Assembly (NCBI RefSeq): GCF_009914755.1
Contig: NC_060926.1
DNA: 64,000 nucleotides
DNA from: the human T2T-CHM13v2.0 reference genome, Homo sapiens
Strand: one strand, 5' to 3'
In this document: positions 13,556 to 26,344 of the stretch, piece by piece
Layout: each line of letters opens with the position of its first letter
Numbering within the stretch: the stretch's first letter is position 1
The notes under the pieces: model-generated
What the model was told of the DNA's origin: nothing
The model's input: the letters and a program-made list of their open reading frames with translations, nothing else
The model's database searches: none
Made by a program: the position numbers and the translations under genes

Positions 13556-14940
13556 ATTATGTCAGCAAGATGGCAGGGTAAGAGGTGTTGGAATAAACTC
13601 TTCCACAAAGGAAGTTTAGCAAGCAACTATCTGCAAACTAGAACATTCTTTTGAATAACCTAACATCTGGAAATGAGCCCGAGACATCCACATGATACAC
13701 AGAACTGAATGAAATGTACATTAGAAGGTTAAGATGAACAGTCTTATTACAACTGTGCAACCCTACCTTTCACCTCCAAGTTAGCATGGCTCCAGACCGA
13801 GAGATTTTTTCTATGCTCACAGTTTTTTCATGGGTAAAAGAGAACCGCAGGCCGTGATTCTGGTTCCCTAGCATTCTGAGATGCTTCTTAGGAAGGTTGC
13901 TGTGATGTAACTTCCCAGGGAACACTAGGGGACATGGAATGGCTTGATCATCTGGGGTACAGGTAGGAACAAAAAAAGTGATCAGCGTGTGAATCTTGGT
14001 GTTCCTGGTAGATTGGCACTCGATCAGAGATAATTTCATATTACACCTGCAAAGCTGAGCTGGTCTCCTTTAGAAGCACAATAAGAAGCACAATCTAACT
14101 TCAGCTCCTAGACTACTAATCTCCCTACACAGACATAAAACCTGCCCCAAAGTCCCAGCCCAGGTAGGGAGATTTCCACCTCCACAGATCTCAGAGAATT
14201 AAAGAGGCTTCACCAACTTGAACCAGCAAAGCAAGCAGAGACTCTACTCAGCCAAAAATCCTGTTCACCAACCCAACCTAGTTGGGGACACACCCAACTG
14301 TTTACATTTTGAAAAAAAAAAAACAGGGTTTAGTTCTGCTTAATTCAGAAGGTCAAACTGCCCAATTCTGTCAAAAGATTCAGCTCTACCCAGAACGCCA
14401 CCCAGAAAGGGAGGCAGTCCCCAACCATGCATTTTAAAAGAGCACTGCCTTGGTTCCTGCCTTTCTTGAGCAATTCCACCAAACCTCACAGCACAATCTG
14501 CACTCCTGTCAAACTGCAGATTTTAAATAGCAGAATTGCCCAGGAAATACATCATGTGACCAGAAGTCATTGCAATACCCAGCAAACAGCAATTCCTGGT
14601 AGTAGACTGCAACCAGTAGTCTCACAGGCCAGTGAGACCCAGCTAGTGTACCCATTTGACATGAGAGCAAAGGCAGTGGCCCAGCAAACTAGAGAAATCA
14701 CAACAGACTCTGACTCAGGTGTAGTAACAAGCTAAACAAAATAGTGAAATTTTATCCCAGCCAACAAGCACATGTAAAGGCCACAAGAGGGGTTATCTCT
14801 TCAAATGCACAGACAGTAATGCAAGGACACAAAGATTACAAAGAATCAGGAAATCAAGAAATCACAAAAAGAAATTTATAAGGCTCTAATAACAGACCCC
14901 ATCAATGGAGATCATGAAATGCCTGAAAAAAATTGGACTA

Positions 14941-15505
14941 CTATATATATATATGTATATGGCAAACAAAAATTGAACTATTTTGGATAATCCAAAAGTT
15001 AGTTTTTATATATATATATATATATATAAAATATATAATTTATATATAAAATATATATATTTTTATATATAACTATATATATTTTATATATAAATTATAT
15101 ATATGATCATATATATAATCATATATATAATCATATATGATTATATATGATCATATATATATTTATATATATAATTATATATACTTATATATAATTATAT
15201 ATATATTTATATATATAATTATGTATACTTATATATATTTATATATATAATTATATATACAATTTATATATATAATTATATATAATTTATATATAATTAT
15301 ATATATAAATTATATATAAGTATATATAATTATATATATGTTTATATATAATTATATATATAAATGATATGTATAATATATAACTATATATAATTATATA
15401 TAAATATATATATAGATTTTATATATACACACATATGCCATATATATTTATATAAAGAAAATATGTAAATATATTTTAACTATTAAAATAATAATTCATA
15501 TATAT
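14941..15505. repeat. Long interrupted (TA)n / AT-rich tract inside L1 ORF1
   Basis: About 560 bp almost entirely TA-based; L1 ORF1 sequence resumes on both sides. Confidence 0.95.
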
Positions 15506-15720
15506 CTAGGAACTAGATAAATATACAGGTAAAAAATTTAATGAAATCTGGAAAACAATACACAAAAATGAAATCACCAAATAAATAGAAAAAATAACAA
15601 TTAGAAATAAGTCTTAGAGATGAGAAATACAATGACTAAACTGAAAAAAAATAGAAACCTTTAACAACAGAATCAAAAGAATTAATAAGCTAGGTGACAG
15701 AGCATTTAAAATTATCTAGT

Positions 15721-15772
15721 CATCTGTACCTCTGGATCTAAAAATTAAAAAAAAATAAAAAGTAAAAATAAT
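15721..15772 (+). mobile_element. Tiny L1 3'-terminal fragment with A tail inside host L1 ORF1
   Basis: catctgtacctctggatctaaaaattaaaaaaaaataaaa resembles the L1 terminus (compare 32224-32260); host attatctagtca...gaggagaaaaa is split. Confidence 0.6.
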
Positions 15773-16846
15773 AGAGGAGAAAAAAGACAAAATAATTTTT
15801 TTTAAATGAAGAACACCTACAAAAATGTATGGGATAATATCAAGAGACCAAACCTTTGCATAACAGGTGTTGTAGAAGGAGAAGAAAAAGAAAAAGGGTA
15901 AGAAAGAATATTTAAAGAGATGATGGTTGAAAACTACCCTGATCTAGGGATAGATGCCAACATCCAAGTACAAGAAGCACAGAGGTTTCTAATAAAATTC
16001 AACCCAAAGAGTATTACACCAAGACATATAATGACCAAACTATCAAAAATAATAAATGAAGAAAAAAATTCTGAAAATAGCAAGAGATAAGAAACACATC
16101 ACATGCAAAGGAGTGTAAAGTATGAGTGAACTTCTTAGCAGAAACCCCACAAACCAGGAGAGAGTGTGATAATATATATAAAGTGTTGAAGGTAGAAGCC
16201 AAAAAAAAAAGAAAAAATAACCAAACATAAAAAAACCTGTCAACCAAAAATACTACATCTGGCAGATCTGTCCATCAAAAATGAAAGAGAGATAATGATT
16301 TTTCTCACACACAAAAGCTGAGGGAGTTCCTCACCACCATATATCTTACAAAAAATGCTAAAAGGCGTTCTTAAAGCTGAAAGGAAAGGACACTAGTGAG
16401 TATCATGAAAACATTTGAAAGTGAAACTCATAGATAAAATATACAAATTTAATATACTCTAGTTGTATAATGAAGTCTTGTAAATTACTTACATTTGTAG
16501 TATGAAGGTTAAAAAGCAAAACTATTAAAATAATAATAATTACCAATAATTCTAAAGATATATACAATACAAAAATATGTAAATTGCGACATCAAAAATC
16601 CAAAATGGGGATGGTATAATTAAAATGTAAAGTCTTTTTTAATTGTAATAAGTTGCTTCTAATAGCTTAAAAAAACTTGTTATGTCTATAAAATGTTTTT
16701 CATAAGTTTCATGGTATGCACAAAGCAAAAATTTAAAATAGGTACACAAAATATAAAAAGCAAGGAATCAAAACATATAACTATAGAAAATTATTTAGCC
16801 ACAAATAAAGGCAGCAAGAGAGAAAAAAAGGTAGAAAGCATTCACA

Positions 16847-17121
<275 letters not shown>

Positions 17122-20100
17122 TTAACAAAATGGCAGTAAAAAGTTTTTATGTATAAATAAACACCTTTAATGTAAATGGATTAAATTCTCCAATTAAAAG
17201 ACATAGGATAGTTGAATGGATTAAAAAAAAAAAACAAGAACCAACTATGTGCTGCCAACAAAACACCTACGTCAATATTAAGGGCACACATAGACTGAAC
17301 ATAAAGGGATAGAAAAAGACTCCCCATACCAATGGAAACAAAAAATGAGCAAGAGTAGCTATACTCTCATCAGTTAAAATAAACTTTGCATAATAAAAGG
17401 ATAAAAAGAGACAAGGGTCATTACACAATGATAACGGGATGATTTAGAAAGGGGATATAATGGTCTTAAATATATAGTACTAACATTGGAAGACCTAAAT
17501 ATATAGAGCAAATATTAATAGATATAAAAGGAAAAAATAAGTGTAATACAATAACATTAGGGAGCTTCAACACTACTCATACATTAATGAACAGATTATC
17601 AAAACCAAAAATCAACAAAGTAACATATTTAAACTGCACTCTACACTAAATAGACCTAACAGATATTTACAGAACATTCTATTCAAGAACTGCAGAATAT
17701 ACATTCTTTTCAATTGCACCAGGAAGATTCTTCAGGGTAGATTGCATGCTGGGCTACAAAACAAGTCTTAACAAATTTAAGAGAATAAGAACTATATCAA
17801 ATATCTTTTCTGACCACAATAGTATAAAACTAGAAATCAATGACAGGAGAAAGTTCAGAAATTTTACAAATACATGGAAATTCAACATTTTCCTTAACAG
17901 CTAATGAGCCAAAGAAGAAATTAAAAGGGAAATTAAAAAATTTTTTGAGACAAATGTAAATAAAAATACAACATACCGAAACCTATGTGATACAGCAAAA
18001 GCAATTCTGAGAGGGAAGTTTACTGCAATAAGGCCTGCATCAAAATAGAACAGAGATCTGAAATAAACAACCTAATATTGTACCTCAAGAAACAAGAAAA
18101 ATAAAGTATATCAAAAATCAAAAATTGAAGGAAATAATAAAGATCAAAACAAAAATAAATGAAATAGAGACTGAAAAGTAATACAAAAGTTCAACAAAAT
18201 GAAGAGCTGGCTTTTTGAAAAGATACACAAAATTAACAACTTTGGTCACACTAAATGAGAAAAAAAGACTCCAATAAATAAATCATAGATGAAAAAGAAA
18301 AGCCATTACAACTGATATGACAGAGATGCAAGGATCATAAGATACTATTAGGAACAATTATGTGCCACTAAATTGGATAACCTGGAAAAAATGGATGAAT
18401 TCCTGGACACATAGAACCAAAGAAGAATACAGCATGAAGAAAATAAAAATATGAACACATCAATAATGAGTAATAAGATTGAATCAATAATAAAAATTCT
18501 CCCATCAAAGAAAAGCTGAGGACCTGATGACTTCACCAAGGAATTCTACATTTAAGGAACACCAGTTTTACTCAAACTGTCCTAAAGCTTGAAGGGAAGA
18601 AAATACTTCTACTCTCATTCTACAAAATTAACGTTACCATGATGCCAGAACCAGACAACAAAACAAAAACAGAAAATAACTTGGCATTATTCATGATAAA
18701 TATAGATGCAAAAATTATAAAAAAAAATCCTAGCAAATAAAATTCCACAGCACATTAAAAAGAGCATTCATCACAATGCAGCGAGATTCATCTCAGGGAT
18801 GCAAGGTTGGTTCAACATACAAAATAAACATCATGCATCATATCAAGAGAACAAAGGACAAAAATCACATGATTATTTCAATAAATGCATAAAAGAATCT
18901 GATGACATTCCTTCATGATAAACACTCTTAACAATTAGATATAAAAGAAATATACTTCAACACATTAAAGGCCATATATGACAAGTCCACAGCTAATTAT
19001 TATACTGCATGAGAAAATGTTAAAAGTTTTTCTTCTAAGATCTGGAACAAGACAAGAATATTTACTTTCATCACTTCTGTTCAATATAGTATTGGAAGTC
19101 ATAACCAGAGCAATTAGGCAACAGACAGAAATAAAGCCATCTAAGTTGGAGAAGGAAGAAATTAAATTGTTCATGTTTGCAGACAATATGTTTTCTTATA
19201 TAGAAAAAACTAACTCCACTAAAAATTTGTTAGCTCTAATACAAAATTTAGTAAAGTTGCAAAATACAAAATCAACATACAAAAGTCAGTAGCATTTCTA
19301 TACAGTAATAGCAAACTATGTGAAAAAAAGAAATAAAGAAAACTATCACACTTACAATACCTTCCAAAAATAAAATACTTAGAACAAAATTTCACCAAGG
19401 AGGTGAAAAACTTCTACTCTGAAAACTAGAAAACACTGGTGAAAGAAAATAAATAAGAGACAATTAAATGGAAGGATATTTTGTGATAATATATTGGAAG
19501 AATGAATATTGGTAAAATGTCCATCCTAACCAAAGTGTCCTACATATTCAGTGTAATCCCTATCAAAATACAAATGACATACTTCATAGAAACAGAAAAA
19601 CTGTCACAAATTTCGTATAGAGCAACAATAGCTCAAATAGCCAAAGCAACCTTGAGCAAAATAACAAAGCTGGAGACATCACACTACCTGACTTCAGAAT
19701 AAACGACAAGCTATAATAACCAAAATAAAATTGTACTACCATAAAAATAGACACATGGACAAATGGCACAGAAATGAGAACACAGAAATAAATTTAGGCA
19801 GTTAAAACTGATTTTTGACAAAGTTGCCAAAAACACACAATGAAGGAAAGACAGCCTTTTCAATAAACGGTTGGAAATCTGGATAGTTACATACAAAATA
19901 AAAATCAACTCAACTAGATTAAAAAGTTAAAGGTAAAACCTGGAATTATGAAACTATTAGAAGAAAACATAGGGGAAATACTTCATGACATTAGTCTGGG
20001 CAAGAATTTTTCAGATAAGGCCCCCAAAGCAGAGGCAACAAAACAAAAACAGACAAGTGAGATTGTATAAGTAAAAATATTTTGTACTGCGAAGGAAACA

Positions 20101-20916
20101 ATCAACAGAGTGAAGAGGTAACCTACGTAATTGGAGGAAATATTTGTAAACTATGCATCTGACAAGGGATTATAATGAGACTATATATATATATATATAA
20201 ACCCAAACAACTCAATAGCAAAAAAAAAAAAAAAAAAAACAAAAAAACCTGATTTTTTTTAACTGGGCAAAAGATGTGAATAGGCATTTCTCAAAAAAGA
20301 AAAAAATACAAATGGCCATTAGGCATATGAAAAAATGCTCAACACCAATAATCGTCAGGGAAATGCAAATCAAAACCAAAATGAGATATTACCACACCCT
20401 GCTTAGAATGGCTACTATCGAAATGACAAAAGATATCAAATGTGGTGATGATGAAAAACAGATAACTCATACACTGTGTCAGTGGGAATGTAATATAAAT
20501 TAGTACAGCCATTATGGAAAACAGTATAATGCTTCCTCAACAATTAAAACTAAAACTACCTATGATCCAGCAGTCCCACTACTGGGATCATAATGCTATC
20601 CAATCATAAAATAATGAAATCCTCTCATTTGCAGCAACATAGATGAACCTGGATGACATTATATCACATGAAATAAGCCAGGCACAGAAAGATAAATACC
20701 ACATGATCTCACTCATATGTGGAATCTAAAAACATTGACCTCATAGAAGTCGAGAGTAAAATAGTGGCTACCAGAAGCTGGAAGGTTAGAAGGAACAGAT
20801 TGGCCAATAGGTAAAAAGTGACAATTAGATAAAATGAATAAGTTCTGGTGTTCTATTGCATACCAGAGTGACTATGGTTAACAGTGTTTTATTGTGTGTT
20901 TCAAAATAGCTGGAAG

Positions 20917-21347
20917 AAAATCGGCATACAAGGGACATAACTTAATGTAATAAAAGCCATCTATAACAAACCCAGAGCCAACTAATACTGAATGAAAAAA
21001 AGTTTAAAGTATTCCCTCTGAGAACTGGAACAAGACAAGGATGCCCACTCTCACCACTCCTCTTCCACATAGTGCTGGAAGTCTTAGCCAGAGCAATCAG
21101 ACAAAAGAAAGAAATAAAGGGCATCCAAATCGGTAAAGAGGAAGTCAAACTGTTACTATTTGCTGGTGATAAGATTGTTTACCTTGAAAACCCTAAGGAC
21201 TCCTCCAGAAAGCTCCTAGAACTGATAAAAGGATTCAGTAAAGCTTCCAGATACAAGATTAATGTACAGAAATCAATAGCTCTTCTACACAATCAACACA
21301 GACCAAGCAGAGAATCAAATCAAGAACTCAACTCCTTTTACAATAGC

Positions 21348-21381
<34 letters not shown>

Positions 21382-21519
21382 TAGGAATATATCTAACCAA
21401 GGATTTGAAAGACCTCTACAAGGAAAACTACAAAACACTGCTGAAAGGAATAACAGACAACAAGAACAAATGGAAACACATCCCATGCTCATGAATGGGT
21501 AGAATCAATATTGTGAAAA
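20917..21519 (+). mobile_element. Internal L1PB-like ORF2 (RT) fragment lacking both ends
   Basis: atcggcatacaagggacata...; ORF 21072-21494 [32 protein letters not shown]...KWKHIPCS; ends abruptly at agaatcaatattgtgaaaa. Confidence 0.88.
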
Positions 21520-21865
21520 GTTTATAACTGATTTTCGAAAGATTTTTACACATATACATGCTATTTTATAAATTCAGTTACATTTATCAGTCCTTTAACT
21601 GATTTTAGTGTGTTGTTTGTAAATACATCACAACTTAGAATCAAAAGATATTCTTATTTATGTTTGTAAAAGATTTAGACTTTACAGTTCATATTAAATC
21701 TTTAATCCACAGGGGGTTTCTGTAAATACATTATATGAGATAAATGTTCTATTAATTATATTCTATATTCAGAGCATATGTTCCCAAAGTCTATACAAGA
21801 TTTTATCCCATTTACACTGACCATTAACATTCCTTGATATAATAATGAATATAAGAAACCTAAAA

Positions 21866-22342
21866 ATTAGGACATAATTCTCCATGGGTTTATTATATTT
21901 CTTTAAATCATCTCGGCAGAGGTACTGACAACTTTTTTTCTATCTTTTCAGGAATTTTAATGGCAAACTACCTTAGAAAATACACATAGTGTGTTCCTCT
22001 GGGGAACAGGTCAGCATTGTTGTGGTTGTGGTTACCATTGCTGTCTAGAACATTAATGAAAATATCTCCCTCCTCCAGGGCAAAATGGAGGATGTTTGCT
22101 AGCATCCTCCTTTAAATGTTAAGTTTCTTCAGCTGTGACACAAACCACTGAGTGTACAGCATTCAATATGCCCTCTTGCACATCACTTTGATAATAATTG
22201 GGGACAAGGAGAACACATGTGTGTGTGCAGCTCATGCTGGCTTCTGTGCCATGAGTAATAAAGGATTTTGTCCTTGACCGAGGAGTCTCATGTCTTTTGC
22301 TTGACTAATAAAAAATATGATAAGCTAACATAGTTCTCAACA
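21866..22342 (+). mobile_element. ERVL solo LTR (LTR40-like)
   Basis: aattctccatgggt...gcagaggtactgac...gctgtgacacaaacc...tgtgccatgagtaataaa...aggagtctcatgtctt...agttctcaaca; contains AATAAA. Confidence 0.7.
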
Positions 22343-25007
22343 CTAAGTAGCTACTAAAAGCAGATGATAATTAGAAGGAATAAAGTTCTGGGACCCTTTA
22401 CAAGCTAAAAAAGGAAAATAAAACAAATATCATGAAATCAACAGTAACCTCATGCATCTCAAAATAAAATGTCCAGTGGTGATTATACATAACATTTTAA
22501 TTTCTGGTTAGGTATGTCATTAAAATTGAACACTATTACAGATCACAAAACCATCTGATTAGGTTATCAATGCTTACCTCCAAGTTCTCAGCATTTCAAC
22601 AGAGTTACTTTGATTAGTTGTTGTAGAATTGTCTCTTCAAGTTTTAACCAAAAGTAGACCATTTCTGTGCTCTGCATTTGCTGCATTTGCATGGTGCTTC
22701 TCAGAAGGTATGCCTTTTTAAATTTAAAAAGTGTTAAAAAGTTGGCATTAAGACCTAATACGCTGCAGTGTAAAGCCAATAGCAGAAGAGTCTGAGAATG
22801 ATAAGATGTACCTAAAGGCATAAAGAGGCTGAGAAAGGTAGGCATGAGTAAGTGCAACAATTAATATAAATTTTAAAGAAAAAAACACTTTAAAACACTA
22901 ATAAAAATTACCAGCAAAATGTAGTAATAATTATCATCTTGTGGAAGGTCCTACTTTCTACTTTGTGCATACATTGTATATGTGTGTGTGAATGGATAGA
23001 TAGATGGATGGATAGCATATCTGTTATTAATGTATATTATATAATTAACAAATATAATAATATGTACAGATATGCATATATTGCATAATATTTATATATG
23101 TAAAACAAGTAGGTTGAAGGTACAGAAATTATTCCCTTATTTAGTAATTTGAATGATATGAACCTAATGAGTTTTTAACCTACATTAAAACATTCATTTG
23201 CCATAATAACTCATTTGGAAGATGGTAAAATTGTGCTTACTTTAAATATAAAAAAAATAAGGTATAAAGGTTTTAAGTTACTTGTCTATATCAGAAAGTG
23301 CTTGATCCAGAATTTCAATCTAAGCACCTTGACCCTAGAGTTTACAATTTATATTTTTATATCTACAATAATACAGCAATATTTGCAATTTGTTTGTATA
23401 AGAAATTCATGAAATTTTTTCTATGTAACTGGTTATTTCAAAGTGTTTTTTAATGGTTCTACTCTACATCTGCATATAGAGATGCCTGAGTTTACCCATT
23501 TGAAAAGATGAAAATAAAAATAAAAGGAAGTAGAAAATTTGTCAGACTATTATTAATTTATTTGAAAGTGATATCAAACTTGCTGCTTAGAAAATGGTTT
23601 TATGTGCTATGTTTGTTACTTTGCAAAGAAAGAGCACTTCTGTCAACATCAGAGTGCTAATTTAATTTGGATATACTACAAACATATTAATGAGTTTGTA
23701 GACTGAAATAAATTTATGTCTAGGAAACTCATTAAAAGTAATTTGTTATTTTTAATCTTAATTAATTGTATTAATAGCAATAATTATATATCCTACAGTG
23801 CTGTGATCAGTTCATTTTTTCTATAAGATAATTTAAGAAAATACAGCAGATCAAAATATTCATATTGATGCAAAATTTTTTTTAGTACTATGTTGTGTAT
23901 ATGCATGAAAATATATGGCCTGACATTGCCATTTGTAAAGTAAAGAATAAAAATACTGGAATGTGTTTTTTTCCCACCTACTGGCTTAGTCTTTCAAGTT
24001 TTCAATAAAATAAAAAAATATAAAATGACTAAAAATATTTTTCAGCAATATAGACAATTTTGCTCACAAATTTAACATTAAAAATTACTCCTAAATAAAA
24101 TACAGACAAAATTAGCTTGAATAATTAAGAAATACAAAATGTATAAATAGAACTGAGCACATAAGACTCTCAGAATGACTATAGCAGTGGCCACTCACAT
24201 CACACTAGATGAAAAGGCAAACTATTCACATCTAGTGAGGAAAAATCTCAATCTTGTAGAAATCCCTACAAGTGCACAAGGAATCAGTGTATTCAGGATA
24301 GAATCTCATTGAAATACTTTAGTCTTACGTTTGCTTACATGACTGTGTAGGGCACAATGGGAGCTTTCTCAAGGGTTTTTGATAATATGGGCAACTGTGC
24401 TGTTAATTTCACTTGTGGCTTTATGCTAACTAACTTTATCGGCTTTGTCATTTGGGAAAAGTTGCTTTTAATGGAGAGTGAATTTTTCTGCTATGACTGC
24501 ATTAACATGTCCCTACTGTCCACCAGGCATGAACCTCATCTAAGGGTAAGACAAATTAAAGGCACTCACGATGACAGAGAAGAAAGATGAAAAGTAGGTT
24601 TCTGTTGACATCATTGGGTGGCTGAACTTTCTAAATTTGTTGTTTCTGTCTCTAAATATCTTCTATGCAATGATTAATATATATACTATTTAATGGAAAT
24701 TGTTTTGGGACTTTCTTTTATTTGAACTCAGAACATCTGACTGTATGTATTGGTCTTTTATGCTTTCTTCTCTGGAAAGTTTCCTGATTGCCTGACCACA
24801 CTGGCAATATTGTTTTTAAAATGTAGAAGGTTTATATCTACCATCTGAATTTTATAAACTGTAACCTGAGGATTAAAATCTGTATCTTCATAACATTTTA
24901 ATTTTTATTCTCAATACAACAAAATGTGCAGTATCAAGACATACGCTTTTATTTTTTGTACCTTCTTTTCCCTAATGTTTATTAAATGCCTACTTTGTGA
25001 GAGGAGC

Positions 25008-25050
25008 AAAAAAAAAAAAAAAAAAGAAAAAAAGAAAAGAAAAAGAAAAA
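25008..25050. repeat. Poly(A)/A-rich tract
   Basis: About A18 followed by GAAAA-type units; no retroelement body recognised upstream. Confidence 0.85.
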
Positions 25051-26344
25051 CTCCATTTTAATGCCTTTAACATTGTACATTGCATAACCAAGTAAAATAA
25101 TCAATTGAAGTTTAAGACTTCAGGTTAATCATAAAAAAAAAACTCGAAGTTTCCTAAATAAAATTCTAAAAATTGCTATTCAGCAGTCTTAGATAGATTT
25201 ATTATGGTTATTTTTGTAGTTATGCATTTTTTCTCTTAACAACTTCTTATATTTGAAGATAGGGACTGTCTCTTTGCTCTTGTTCAAACTGACACCTACA
25301 GCTAGGAGATTAAAATCCAGAGCTTCATATATGTTTTATAATGTGGATACATTCCTACTTTAAATATATTCCCAAAGTTGTGTCGTATTTCCAGAGAAAA
25401 GTATAGACTTTCTCTGGGACTCTGAAATTGGTCTGATTCCTTCATCAGAGAGATCTTTCATATCAGGTTGGCTGGGCACTCCAGAAATTGTCGACATCAT
25501 TGATTCTTTGTCTTTTCCCATGAGGATAAATGAATATGTAATCAGATGAAGCAACCAGCCTACATCCTTTAGCTTGACCCTGATAATTGCACAGTTGAAC
25601 GGATTTCTTCAAACTATATTCACTTACTTTCATTTGTCAATAGAGCAAGAGAATAACAAATACTACAATACTGACTGTCTTTGTAAGACAGATATTGGCA
25701 GGCAAAATTTATGTACTGCTTCTTCATTTATGCCTTTCTGTTACAGAACAGAATCTAAACATCCTATGAACAATATCAAAGTGTGAAAACAAAAAACTTG
25801 TTAGAACTGAAAATGTTGACACAGGAGAAGCCAAGGACAAAAAGGCATTAAGAAAACCTTTAAACTAATGAAGAACACAGAGATGAAGTAGAGTCACACA
25901 TGCTGAGTAAGCCTGTTATGCGGAGAAAAACGACTCTATAGGGAATGCATTATACTATTAAGGGTATTCACCCTAAAGTTGGTATTTGTTGTTCCCTGAT
26001 CCAAGATGCATGCTTCAGAATTTTTACTGAGGCACCCGGATTTTAACTTGTGAAATAACATCTCCAACCCCCCTTTTTACTTGAAGGTTTCTGCGGTGTT
26101 GACTCACCATATACTCCATTAAGAACTCCCATTTTCCTACCCACAGAAATCAGTTCAGAGCTGATCATGAGACCTAATTTAGGTCATGAGGCATTTGGAA
26201 CATTTTACTAGGGCACTGAAGAAAGTAGCTTTGTTTAGTTACTTGGATCTAATGGAATATTGGAATAGATAGAGATAATTCTGGGACTTACAAGGGAAGT
26301 GGTGAGACCCACAGGCCCAAAGGTAAAGCCCATACACACACACA

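Noticed and set aside
25008-25050. Poly(A) tract as the tail of a processed pseudogene
   Set aside because: No TSD and no recognisable transcript body upstream.
25360-25554. Short ORFs open on both strands in unique sequence
   Set aside because: Only about 60 codons, no recognised homology and no convincing splice-site pair.
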